A stretch of DNA of 64,000 bases from Hemiscyllium ocellatum (Eukaryota): assembly GCF_020745735.1 (NCBI RefSeq), contig NC_083417.1, forward strand, positions 64,232,001 to 64,296,000. Direction: 5' to 3'. Made by a program: the position numbers and the translations under genes. Position 1 is the stretch's first letter, and each line of letters starts with the position of its first letter. The notes under the pieces are model-generated. The model searched no databases. It was not told where the DNA came from and saw only the letters and a list, made by a program, of their open reading frames with translations. Below are positions 38,016 through 50,724 of this stretch, piece by piece.

Positions 38016-39949
38016 ATCTATGTCTTATGACGAATTAACTTTCACTACAACCAGCTATGTAAAACCACCTCTTCATCAACATCTTGATAAACCACATCTT
38101 TTACCACGTCTTCGAACTTTTAATAAGGAGGAGGGTGCTGGCAAAGTACTCATTTAAATAACACTGTCAGACTTTCTGCCTCCATGTCCAAATCCTTGTT
38201 TTTAGCTTCTAGATTGTGTTCACCTCCTTTTACGATTTATAATCTTCTTTTGTACTGGAGGAACATTTCTTATGCAGTTCCACTGGGGTAATATTAGGCC
38301 CTTGGTTTTCTAGACATGCTTATGACCTAGAAATTGGTATATATGTGCTGATAATCCGAAAATTGGAGCTGTGAAATATCAACATGTGACCGTGTGCTTA
38401 ACTTCACTTTGCAAAGAATTGAACAATGGGATTGAAAACAGATTAACGATAATAATCTAATGTTCAAAATTATAGTTATACATTTGAGAAAGGTCTATTT
38501 AATTTCAGATCATGAATCCAAGATTGAATAATTCCCAACTTATTGCTCTTTATCAATAAATTATAGCAGCTGCACTCTTCTATGATTTTCTTAGAAGTTT
38601 GACGAAAATATAGCATTTGTATTAGAGTTAACACTTACCTATTTATTTAATTCTAATTTTTAATATTTCATTTATAACAATTTATGTAAATTAGCATGCT
38701 ATTAGTGAACATGAGGTCAGTGATATTAACCTTTGGTCCTGACTGCATATACCTTTCTTTATTTCTTCGGCAGAGAGACAAGTAATATTTCACACTGACC
38801 TCTCACCTTTGCGAAAAGTCATAAAGTGACAATAACAGAATTTAATGACATTGATGGATCCTTGGATAATTGACAAATTAAAGAACTGGAAAAGAGATGG
38901 GGAGGTGACATAGGCCAGTGTCGATTACCCTTTAGAGCTAATTAGAGATTGTTTATGCATCCATAGAAGCAAGAAATATAAATGATAAAAGCAGCACTGG
39001 GCTACCTGATCACTTGAGGCTGCTTTGCCATTCAATTTGATCATGCCTGGTCATTGAGCTCCATACTTTGATTGTCTTCTCCCCTCCCCTCCATCCCCTG
39101 GTTGTTTTAGCCACAGGAGCTATATCTGCTATTTTGGTGTTCTTGAAAATATATATTGTTTTGGGCTCAACCTTTGTCTGTTGTAATAAATTCCACAGGC
39201 TCACCTCTCTCTGAGTGATGAAGTTTCTCTATATCTCAGTTACTTTACTACATCTCATTCATGTCCTTTATCCTCCCTTAAAACAGTTAGTAATAAGTCT
39301 TGCCAAGCCAAGACTAATCAGAATGTATTTATAGCATTACCATGCTGTTGTTTATAGCTTGAAAACGGTTCATAAACTACGTCTTTCGAGAACAAGGTAC
39401 TTATGAGTGATTTTGAAATTAACGTGCCTCCAGACAGACAATGAAGGCCCTTGAGACATTACAGTGAGACTGAGAAAACAAATATCAACCAATGCCATAA
39501 GCAGAACCAGAAGTCGAGAGCCCAAGTACATTCATAAAGCCACTGCCCTACTTTTGTAGGTAGTGTTTATAATATTGCCAAAGTTACCTGAGTAACTGCT
39601 CTGGACCGTTCCCTCTTTCCTTATTAGTTAAACTCTCAAATTAACAAATTAATGTGGGGATTTGCGTAAACACCCCCATAAAACTTGTGAAAGACCCTGG
39701 ACTGCAGAAGATCTGTGCTCAGTACTTTATTACAGCTTATCCTCATTCGCTTTGTTCCCCATCGAGAAATCATATCTCATTGAAGCTCTGCATTTCTGTA
39801 CCTGGATGCCTGCAAAAAGTCTAAACAGCACTTGTAAAATCCCACAATTTGTACAAATGTAAACAATGTTAAAAATATCGTTGTTCAAAGATTACGTATG
39901 CTGAGATAGATTTGGTAGAAATGTAATAATTGCTTAAGCAATGAGAGGT

Positions 39950-41105
39950 CTACAAGGTTCCCCATGGGAGACTGGTTAGCAAGGTTAAATATCACGGAAT
40001 ACAGGGGGAACTAGCCATTTGGATACAGAATTGGCTCAAAGGTAAAAGGGAGAGGATGGTGGTGGAGGGTTGTTTTTCAGACTGGAGGCCTGTGAGCAGC
40101 GGAGTGCCACAAGGTGCTGGGTTGTCTACTTTTAGTCATTTATATAAATGGTTTGGATGCGAGCATAAGAGGTATGGTTAGTATGTCTGTAGATGACACC
40201 AAAATTGGAGGTGTAGGATACAGTGAAGAAGGTTGCATCAAACTACAGCAGGATCTTGATCAGATGGGCGAATAGGCTGAGAAGTGGCAGATGGAGTTTA
40301 ATTCAGATAAATACGGGGTGCTGCATTTTGGGAAAACAAATCTTAACAGGACGTATACACTTAATGGTAAGGTCCTAGGGAGTGTTGCTGGACAAAGAGA
40401 CTTTGGAGTGCAAGTTCCTAGCTCCTTGAAAGTGGAGTCACAGGTAGATAGGACAGTGAAGAAGGCGTTTTGTATGCTTTCCTTCAATGATCAGAGTTTT
40501 GAGAACTGGAGTTGTGAGGTCATGTTGCAGTTGTACTGGACATTGGTTAGGCCACTGTTGGAATGTTGCGTGCAATTCTGGTCTCCTTCCCATCGAAAAG
40601 ATGTGGGAAAACTTGAAAGGGTTCAGATAAGATTTGCAAGGATGTTGCCAGGGTTGCAGGATTTGAGCTATAGGGTGGGTTTGAACAGGCTGGGGCTGCT
40701 TTCCATGGAACGTCGGAGGCTGAGGGGTGACCTTATTGAGGTTTATAAAAGTTTATGGGGCATGGATAGAATAAATAGACAAAGTCCTTTCCCTGGTAAA
40801 GGGGAGTCCAGAACTAGATGACATATGCTTAGGGTGAGAGGGGAAAGGTGTAAAAGAGCCCTAAGGTGCATCGTTTTCACACAGAGGGTGGTACATGAAT
40901 GGCAAAAGCTGCCAGAGGAAGTGGTAGAGGCTGTTACAATTGCAACATTTAAAAGGCATTTGGATGGGTATATGAATAGGGAGTGTTTGGAGGGATATGG
41001 GCTAGGTGCTGGTAGATGGGACTAGATTGAGTTGGGATATCTGGTCGAAATGTACGATTTGGACCAAAGGGTCTTTTCTGTGCTGTACATCTCTATGACA
41101 GTATG
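39950..41105 (+). mobile_element. 5'-truncated CR1
   Basis: ORFs 40291..40821 and 40825..41025 (RPLLECCVQFWSP, RRLRGDLIEVYK); tail ctctatgac. Confidence 0.92.
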
Positions 41106-41900
41106 GCTGTATGACCCTCCATCATAGTAACTTTGAATTAACAACAGTTTAAAAGAGATGAAAAGATGACATAAGTCAGTTCGATTGATTCTTTACATAA
41201 GACCAAAGGAACTCTAAACCGTAATCGCTGTTGCAAGCAGAATATGTGAAGAATTATTATAAGTTCACAATTGGAAAACTGCACTCTTTGAGGAAAGAGG
41301 ACGTCTGAGATGATTTGAATGATTCTTTAAAAATGTCAGATCCCAGAAAATATTTGATACTTTATGGTTCCACATGGATAGATGTGAGCTCGGTAACTGG
41401 ATAATATTAGCCAAAAGGACACGAGTGATTTAGGAGATTCATGGATTATTCCATAGACTGAGCTGTCAACAATTTCATATCAGTAACATAAATAAGACTG
41501 GCAATCACAAGACAACAAAACAACACAGAACTCAAATCACTGACCAAGAATTATCACTCAGGATATGCTGATTTGTAGTAGGCAGTGTGGCCTTCAGAAC
41601 AACCAGACATGTTTGTGCTTTGGATTCACGCACAAGAACGCCCAGATCACTTGGTGTTGCATTTTTTTCGAGGTTGTCCTCATTTGATAAATACACTTCC
41701 TTCAAAAGATAAATGATCTCACAATTTCTTACATTTAATTCAAAAGGCCAGAACTGTGCTCATGCACTTGACTAATCTAGATCCTGTATAAGATTCCATA
41801 AGTCTTATTGCAAAATGTCTTCCCATCTATTTTTGTGGCATCAGCAAATTTGGATACATTACACTTCGCTCATTACCTGCAGGCTATTAAAAATAGATAG

Positions 41901-43606
41901 GAGATCCAAGATGGCGGCGACTCAGCAAGTCTGAGTTTACAGTGCTCTTCCCAAAACCTGGGTAAAGTGAGTTACTCACCCCCACCACACTTACCAAACC
42001 ACCCAAAAAAATTTTCTAACCTTAATTAGATGTTTATTATTATATTTAAGCAGTTTAATATTAAGTGGATAATGAGTAAACCAAAGGGACCCCGCAGCTC
42101 TCAGAAAACAAAGACCCCTCCCCCACCCTCCTCTCCTCCTCCGGCTGCAGCTGATGTAAAAACAAGCCTTGAAGAGATGATTGCCAGGCTGGAAACGACA
42201 CTCGTCAATTTCATTGCAGAATCCAGACAGAGATGGAATGCATTCGAAGAAAAGCTGCAGAAACACAGCGAGGCTCTCGAGGAATTACAGGGCCGAGTGA
42301 AGGGGGCGGAGCTAAAGGCCACGACCTCCGAGGCTGCAGCACAAACAGCTGCAGAACAGGTGCGAGCTCTGGAGCAGAGAGTCAGGGCCTTTGAAATCTA
42401 CATGGATGACCTGGATAATAGAAATCGGAGAAAGAATATCCGTCTTCTGGGCCTCCCTGAACAAGAAGAGAAGGGACAGTTAGCAGTATTTCTGGAGCGA
42501 TGGTTGCCCCAGCTTTTAAACCTGGGGGCTGAAACTGACCGGGTAAGGGTGGAGTGGGCCTACCGGGTCGTAGCACGCGGATCTGGCCCAAAGCAGCGCC
42601 CACGCCCGGTCCTGTTCCGGCTGCAGATTTACAGGGAGAGGCAGATACTCCTGGATGCCTCCAGAAATCTTGGAAAGGATCCTAAAGCTATGATTCATGA
42701 AGGATCCAAGATTATGTTATTTCAGGACTTCTCCCCGGCTTTGGCACGAAGGAGGAAGGCGTTTGATGAGGTGAAGAAATGTCTAAGGAACTTAAATATT
42801 CAATACACCTTACGCTACCCAGCGACGTTATGCTTTAACCACGAAGGATCCGAGTATAATTTTAGATCACCAGAAGAGGCTAAGGAACTTTTAGAGTCGT
42901 TTAAATAAAGCGTAAGAGACAATTTATGTTGGCTTGACTCTTCCACACTCCGTGGGGAGAAGTGGATACTTTACTCTACTTTACTTTTGCTTCTGGGAGC
43001 AGGGTTGTCTTCCTTTGCTATTTTATGTTATTATACTTAACTGTAATTTGTTGGAGTTGTAATTTTATAGTTATGTGTGTTTGTACGTGGCATTGATGCT
43101 ATCAGATATACTCAGGTATGGGTGGGGAGGGGTGGGGGTGGGGCGCTCACTGTTAACTCTAGCTCGGTATTATATCTAAATCCTATTAAGGAGCGCCCGG
43201 GTCAAGGGTGGGACACTGTTTGGGAGAGGATATGGTGGACCTTTAGAAAGGAAGTAAGGCCCCGTGAGAACAAGGGGGAGGATCTCCATTCAAACATGTT
43301 TTATTTTTTTTGTTCTTATTGTTTGGAAATAGTTTCCTTTTTATTATACTGTTATGAGTGTATTAGAGAACATTTTCTCTTGTTTGAAGGATGTAAGTGA
43401 CTCAACTATACACTCTGGATAATTGTGGATTAGATTAGTAGTTAACTGAGTTTCATTGTTTTTCTTTCTTCTTTAGTATCATTCCTTTGAATTTTGATGA
43501 TTATATATTTAAGATCTATTTTTATATTAATGTTTGTGCTTGAAAGTTCTGTTTATTTTTGTAAATCTGTCAAAATATTAAATTTCTAATAAAAATATCT
43601 TTAAAA
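41901..43606 (+). mobile_element. ORF1-only L1 element (HAL1-like) with intact 5' end, poly(A) and TSD
   Basis: TSD AAAAATAGATAG at 41889-41900 and 43607-43618 after TT (TT/AAAA site); AAGATGGCGG YY1-like motif at 41908-41917; AATAAA at 43588-43593; no ORF2 found. Confidence 0.85.
42072..42908 (+). CDS. L1 ORF1p (278 aa; coiled coil, RRM, CTD)
   Basis: DLDNRNRRKNIRLLGLPE, RPRPVLFRL, LFQDFSPALARRRKAF, YTLRYPATL are L1 ORF1 signatures; uninterrupted. Confidence 0.9.
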   Translation: MSKPKGPRSSQKTKTPPPPSSPPPAAADVKTSLEEMIARLETTLVNFIAESRQRWNAFEEKLQKHSEALEELQGRVKGAELKATTSEAAAQTAAEQVRALEQRVRAFEIYMDDLDNRNRRKNIRLLGLPEQEEKGQLAVFLERWLPQLLNLGAETDRVRVEWAYRVVARGSGPKQRPRPVLFRLQIYRERQILLDASRNLGKDPKAMIHEGSKIMLFQDFSPALARRRKAFDEVKKCLRNLNIQYTLRYPATLCFNHEGSEYNFRSPEEAKELLESFK

Positions 43607-45789
43607 AAAAATAGATAGAATGTTTAAAATATTCTTCAGTCAAGGTATATGGACATCATTCACTAAATCAGCATTCATTGCCCAAACCGATTTGCCCTTG
43701 AAAAGGTACTAGGAAGCTACCTTCTTGAACTGCTGTGGCCCATTTTAAGTTAAGTACACGTTGAAAATATTATCTTTTTACTTTTGTGTTTCTTAATCCT
43801 ACGGAATAAAATGAGAAAGAATAGTTTTGAAACCCAGATTTACGAGGATTACTGCATCTCTTGCAAGTAATGAATTTCAAACCTCTGTTGGACTATGTGT
43901 ATATAGGTCTGTGTTCCAGCAATGTGCAGGGTAACTGGAGCCATGGGGTTGCTTACGAATGAAGGGGATTAATTTGTGAAGGAGAGACTATTCAATGGCA
44001 AGTGACCTTCGCCTGCCAAACACAAGGGCATCGATTGTCAGTCAGCACAAAATTTTCGGCTGTGTGTCAGGCACAGAGAAACTGTTCAGATCAAAAGAGA
44101 AACCAGCACAGCAGACGCAGACAGAAACATTGTCTCTCTATTCTCTGCAGTAAGGCTGTTTAATCCAAAAGAAATCCAGGTTGTATTTCCTTCAGAAGAT
44201 GCCAAAATTTGTTATTTTCAATTGTAGAGGATGAGCGACTCACCAGGTCACTTTGATACTGGGAGAAATTCAAGTGACGGACGAAAGTAAGAATGGAGCA
44301 CAAATAGGGCACAATATAGCGGGAAACCTACGCCTGCTCCGGCTTCACTCCAAATGTCGCCCCAAACCCTACGGTACCTTCCCAAACAATCGCAGAAGGT
44401 GTTACCCTGTTCAGTTTATTTCCAAGGTCCAAGGTCCCAGGTACACATTCCAAGTAGCTCTGTACCTGTACTTCATCAAAAGCGTTTACTGTACGCACTG
44501 CTCACAATGTAGTATAGTGAGGCAAATTGGTGGCATGCAGATAAATCCCAGTCATTAATTATTTGCCATGTTGGTTCTTACTTCTAATCAAACTGAATCC
44601 ACAGCTGGATAAATTTTATGTATACTACCGTTCGCTATCACACTAAAATTTGCCTTTATTAATAAAACTGCTGTACCTCATCCTGTTTCTGTTTTGCCCA
44701 TTCTTCCAGAACACTGAATAACTTTGAACATAGTTTTGCCAAAATTAGCCACTCTGCAAACATGTCCCTGTAGTGGCTATCAACTCATTTTCAATTATTT
44801 CTATTTAAGCTGTTCTTTCAATCACCCAAGCCCTTCAACGTCAGCATGGTTCGTCATCCAGTCTGTGTACTCTGTTTAGTTCTGTTCTAACTTTGTAAAC
44901 TTCCGTAAAATCCTTCCTTTCTTTCGAAGTAATCCTTAGCAATTCAGTTTGTGCGCTTATTTAAGATTTGACATCTCAGGAATTATTCTGGAAAAGCTTG
45001 TTAAATTCCATCTATTGCTAGATCATACTTTCTTATAGGCACAGACCAAAACTGCACAGAATGCTCCTGCTTTGGTCTCACCAAGGCCCTGTACATTTGC
45101 AGTATATATCCCTGCAACTCCATTCTAATCTTTTAGTTTTGGAGGTCAACATGCAAAGTGCTTCTTTAACACCTGTTGCGAAGGCATGCTAATTGTAAAC
45201 GACTGGTATATAACGTTACGCAGACCTTGCTTCACACCCACCACTACCACCATTCAACATGCGCCCATACCAACCAGCCCCACCTCCCCCACTCCCAACC
45301 ACCACCACCGCCGCATTTCCCCCGCACCTGACTTCCTGGTTTCATACCAAATGGATAACATCATGTTTAACCGAAATGAAAGCATTTCTGCAATCTCCTT
45401 ACAGCTAACGCTCACATTAAGACCATCTGCAAACATATGGAACTTACACTTTGATCGCTTACGTATGCATTAATACACATTGAGAATAGCCGAGGTCAAA
45501 GCTCTGACAACTATGGTTCGAATCACTGAGTGACACTTGGAAAATGTAGTGTACATTGCCTCTCGATACATCTTGTCTGCTAAACAATTCTTTTTTAAGG
45601 CCAAACCTCTTCGTGACACAATGACATGATGAAATAGTTATATCAAGCCACTTTATTGCAAGACATGGTATACTTCAACTTAATTGAAATATTTCTGAAC
45701 CAATTCATACAGCAAATGCATTACTTAAATTGAAACTGAATGCACAAAACGAACAGAAACATGGTGTTGAAAAATGGAATAATTCTGTG

Positions 45790-46118
45790 TTCATGTTTGT
45801 AGCCTCATAGCCAGGGACACAGATTCGAATCCACTCTCGGGCAATTGTCTTCTTTATGCAGTTTGCACATTCTCCCTGAGTTTGCGAGGGTTTTCTCGGG
45901 GTGCACTGGTTTCCTCCCACGGGCCAGAGATGTGCAGGTCAGGTGAATTAGCCATGCTAACTTGCCCACTGTGTTCAGGGATGTCTAGATTAGGTGCATT
46001 AGTCATGGGAAATATAAAGTAATAGGGAGGAGAAATGTGTCTCGGTGGGATGCTCTTCAGAGCATCGGTGTGGACGTTGGGCTGAATGGCCTGTTTCCAC
46101 ACTGTAGAAAATCTATGA
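45790..46118 (+). mobile_element. HE1-type (V-SINE) shark SINE
   Basis: gtttgcacattctccc...ggtttcctcccac...gatgtgcaggtcaggtgaatt.gccatgcta central domain; tail gggctgaatggcctgtttccacactgtag. Confidence 0.8.
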
Positions 46119-46239
46119 TACTAAAATTGGGACTCATACTACGTAATGAAACGCTGAGTACAAAATTTCCCCTTTGGCATTTTTGCCTTGCAATTGAGCT
46201 ATTCAGGATTAAAAACTTACAGTCGAAGCATTATTTATG

Positions 46240-46420
46240 ACAGACACAAATGTCGATGCTTCCCCACTAAATGTCGAAGGGCAACAATTTCCATGCTTGG
46301 GCAAACTCCTTCCTGTGAAACCAGAGCCAACGCTGACACATAGTGATAGGGACAGGGAGGTACAAATTGCTGACGGAATTTTGAGCAATGGGTTATGTTG
46401 ACACTGTCCCTCATGGCGAA
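46240..46420 (+). mobile_element. Possible RTE/L2-type RT C-terminal remnant
   Basis: LNVEGQQFPCLGKLL...D.EVQ resembles the FxYLGS motif; weak. Confidence 0.3.
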
Positions 46421-48291
46421 ACAACCTGACACATTTCCTTTTCCTTTCAGTACAAAAATGCTGGTGTCAATTAATTTTATTCGTATCAGTGAGGAAAGCA
46501 CCACACATGGGTCAATGCTTCATCGTTGCTAGGCATTAAGAGGATTGAGCCATAGGTATCCGTGTGATATAGTTTCACTGATAAAGACCACATGTCAGAA
46601 GATTCCTACAGCCACCTGCTGCACAAGTCGAGATACTCATAATGTATATTCTTTGTCATTGTGATTCACATTGTGCAGCTCAGAATTCCAGAAAGATCGA
46701 AGAAAACAGTGACAGTTCTTTGTCCCCGTGGCTTCCAGGCATCTCCATATTTGAGAGTCCCAAAACATTCAAACTCCTTTATTGATCGTCCTTCTATTGA
46801 ACCACCATAGGCTTTAAATCTCCACAGGTCTCTACTTAATCTGTCCATATGTCCACCGCCATGCTCACCCTCACTCACCCCCACTACCTCTCATACCTTG
46901 GAATATAAGGTGACGATACCGGGCATGCTCTTACACTTATCCTCCTGCTTGCCACAGTGACCGTTACTGCAGATGATCCATGTTTCTCCCTTACTCCTTT
47001 TCTAACTGTTCTTTTACATGACGTGATCATTCAAACACAGTTGCTGCAACCCATTCACAATTGTCAGTCCTCCTTCCCCTACTTCGCCTGAAGCATCCAG
47101 GCTGGACGATGAGATTGCCATTTCCCCCTCAAGTGACAACAGTCTCCCTATGGTGGCCCCAGGTGAACATAGAAACCAATCTCGACTACTCAACCCTTCA
47201 GCTATGATCAACCATTGAATAAGATCATGACCAATCAAATTTTAGTCTTGGTTTTACATTCCTGCACATCATTCCCTTGGTTATCAACAGTCTAACAGTT
47301 TCTGCGTTAAATTATTTTAAGGCTCTACATCCACTGCTTTTTGAGCAAAGAGACTCACACTCCTAAGAATATAAGAGCCACAAGCAGGTAAAACCAATTC
47401 CATCCCTCCATTCAGCTTCACAATTCGACACAAATATGATTGATTTCATCTCGTCCTCACCTCCATTTTCCTACTCGCTCCCTATTTTTCATTCTTCCTC
47501 TGAGACATTTTCATTTCCCATCCCACTTTCCGTTTAGCTTCCGTGAACGGACCTAATAGGACAGCTCTGGGCAAGCTGTGGCCAGATTCTTCACTCGTGT
47601 CTATCAATCTGCCGAGTAGTTTTAATCCCACCCATGGACTTATCTCCGTGAAACTATAGGACTGGTGATACTCCAGTCCTTAGACTGCAGACTCTGACCA
47701 AGACCAACTGTTTCAGGGACCTCACTTTTCCTTGTCCTTTAGAATTATATTACAGATTGCTCTTCACATCATGTTCCAAATCATTCTGATAGCTTTGTAC
47801 CACCAAGGTTTTTAGAAATGATTGTCTGCTGGCTACACATGATGAGCCTTTGGTTCATAAACTGTTGGCACTGATTGTAGGGTTAGACTGATAAAGCACA
47901 TTGCAACATCAGGTTCAATGTCCTATTGATAAAGAATTGCTAATCTGCAAGACAAAGTTGCACGGCTTTGAGACTTTGCTAATAGTAGGGCAAAGCATAG
48001 ATTCTGAGATGACGCAAGAGGTCAGTAACTGAATGCAGGAGTAGCGAGCAAACGAGGCAGAATGCATTGCACTCAAAGTGTCTTTCCACCCGACTTTCAA
48101 CACAGGTAATTGGTGCTCTTGATAACATCAACATAAGATTAATCTGGTCTTAGTGCACAAGTACTAACTATTGCTATCTGACATATCGCTGCAATGCTTA
48201 TACATGGACAAGTGAAATTTAGCACGCCTGAATTTCAAATATGAAAAGAATGCAATCAAAACACGTCCAAGTATCTTCTGCGTCTAATTTG

Positions 48292-48468
48292 TTACGGCTT
48301 GCTATTTCTTGCTGGTACATGGTTATCTTCTGTTCCTTTTCGACTTCCAGTCTGCAGCGCTGCACACTCTGTGCCTTCTTTGGGATTGTGGTACTTCTCT
48401 GGTTTCATTCGACTACTCAACGTTAGCGCAGTATATGTCACCTTATTAGCGACAGCGTCTTGTGCGAC
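48292..48468 (-). CDS. VJ-C1 inhibitory receptor, exon 7 (ITIM VTYTAL, degenerate TECAAL, stop)
   Basis: Acceptor gcctttacag|GTC, phase 0; VAQDAVANKVTYTALTLSS...GTECAALQ...SKP*. Confidence 0.85.
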   Translation of the reverse strand, partial: VAQDAVANKVTYTALTLSSRMKPEKYHNPKEGTECAALQTGSRKGTEDNHVPARNSKP

Positions 48469-48660
48469 CTGTAAAGGCAGCATTTAGAAATATTGTTGAA
48501 GTAATTTGTTACAGGATGTCTGCAAAGTGGTCATCAGAAGGACATGGAAATGAATTTCCGTATCTCACGTGGTCAATTTCAAGGCAAATATCTTCACTGA
48601 CAGTCTGAATCTCGATTTCATCCTAATAATGTAAATTCTTCTTTGGTTATTCAGTCTTAC

Positions 48661-48762
48661 CTCTGCGTACATGCTTCTCTCTACTTCAGATATACGTCTT
48701 GGAGTTCTCTTGCCTCTGCTGAATTTTACCGCAGTGTATTGCACACCCTCCGACGGCACTTC
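48661..48762 (-). CDS. VJ-C1 inhibitory receptor, exon 6 (ITIM VQYTAV; SMYAE)
   Basis: ttcctcgcag|GAA...GAG|GTAAGA, 102 nt, phase 0-0; EVPSEGVQYTAVKFSRG...SMYAE. Confidence 0.85.
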
Positions 48763-49261
48763 CTGCGAGGAACAGAATATTTCATTAAGTCCCTATTTCA
48801 TGTCTTCAACAATTCGTTCACCAAGCAGAGAACAAATGTACCCTTGGCCCGACATCACTTGCAGAGTCCACATTTCAGATATATTCACGTGATTACAAAC
48901 ACTAATCCATTGTGGTCAATTTTAAAAGCTAAACATTTTTTCACATGCATTTTGAAACACAATGATTCAATGTCAAAAAGTGTCAGCATTGGAGAGGATT
49001 TAAATTCAATCGAGAGAATGAATGAAAGCATAAAGTGCTATGAGCTAGAAACCATCTCATAAATATGACCAGATTTTAAAACTCTAATTAACATTATTTA
49101 TCAAAAAGAATATTGCACCTACTGCATTTCAAACGTCATTGGGTGAGCATAAACTTCAATGACTAAGCTTAAAGCGTTTTGAGGTGATTAGCATATTTCT
49201 GCCATCATTGCATGCGTCCCGGGCATTGCAAACCCCTATGGTGACGAAGGAATGAACTTAC

Positions 49262-49305
49262 CATTTTGTCACGACGATCCGGTTGCCTTGTGCATTCTCC
49301 ATCAT
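49262..49305 (-). CDS. VJ-C1 inhibitory receptor, exon 5 (44-nt cytoplasmic exon)
   Basis: gtatgcag|AT...ATG|GTAAGT; converts phase 1 to phase 0 exactly as needed; NDGECTRQPDRRDKM. Confidence 0.75.
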
Positions 49306-49820
49306 CTGCATACCAATGAAATATAATTACACTATGAGATGGAATTATTAATCCAGTTTCCGTATGGAAAACGAAGCATTACATTTCTGAACCAAATCGA
49401 TATAAAAAGGCTGAGAATGTTCAGTTGATAAACAACAATAATGAAGAAGGGAAAATATGCCATGGTCAATATCAGTTTCGAATCTTCCCGTTCGTAAAGG
49501 AACAATGATTACTCAGAAGAAGAATCACATTGCCAGCTTCATTTCTGGCAGGGTACAATTCATTAGATATGTTCAAAAGTGACGTTTTCTTTGGAAACTA
49601 ATACTCCTGAGAATTATTAAAATTCTGATAACAAAATTATAACTATTTCTGCGTTACGAAATGGGTGTGGAACAATCTGAGCTCTCTCAGAAAGTAATCA
49701 ATTGCGTTTTCAACTTTAAATCGTTTGGCTTTCTCCCGAAAATGCTAATTCCCCTTCACCTCCTTTATTGTCCTCAGACTTCAACTGGATCGAAAATTAA
49801 GAGTTGACAGTATTCCTTAC

Positions 49821-49934
49821 TTCTGTTAGATCGAAGCCTACATCCCATTCCAATTGTGATCATAAGCACGAGAAACGAAAATCCAACTGCCGCACAAATT
49901 GGAGTCCAGAAAATGAGTGAACTGTTGATACTGT
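49821..49934 (-). CDS. VJ-C1 inhibitory receptor, exon 4 (transmembrane)
   Basis: ttaattttgcag|AC...AGAA|GTAAGG, 114 nt, phase 1-1; DSINSSLIFWTPICAAVGFSFLVLMITIGMGCRLRSNR, no charged TM residue. Confidence 0.85.
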
Positions 49935-50724
49935 CTGCAAAATTAAGAGGACTTTAATTGCTGGTGGTGCTTGTATAGGAACTATTAAGAACGATAAGAA
50001 CCACATAACTGAAGGGCAGTGAAAAAGGAGAAATGCCAAATATTCTTTCAGTTGAATGTCGAAGTGACTTCCATTTCCAATAGATGGCAAATTTTGAATC
50101 AGTTTCTGGAATGGATTGTTGGTTTGTACATCACAAAGGACTGTTTTGCAAAGGTCGGGACACAAAACTAGGTGATTACACTTGGACTAAAATACTGTTC
50201 TTCTTGACTTTGTTACGGATTAACACACGTTTTCTTGAAAATAGAGTCATGATTTGACAAGCATTTTCTTCACAGATCACATCAAATTCTGAAATGGGGC
50301 TATCGGATTATGAACCTTTTGCAAATAAATGAACTGTCATTTTGATCGTCATTGTACAAGAAAGAACATCTATTGTTTTGTAAATTGTCGTTTTTGTGAG
50401 AGGACAAAATATTGTCAAAGCTAATGCATGAACTTTACCGCATCATCAACAAGTCAAGTCCTCACATAAGCTTTGTGTTATGTGTGAGCGCGATCCCGAT
50501 AGAACGTGCCCTGGATGGTTGAGAGATAATACAGCACTTGATGAGGGATGTCTTAGAATTCTGCCCTGGACACAACCAATGGGGGATGCAGATTGAGCGA
50601 AAGCAAACAAAGAAATGACCTCGCTGCAACAGCAGAGGGAAAGTAGGCACTCGCCAGGAATGAAGTATTTTTACACGTAAGCAAAACTGGTGAAGGAGAT
50701 GAAAGCAGAAACGGATGAAGTAGA

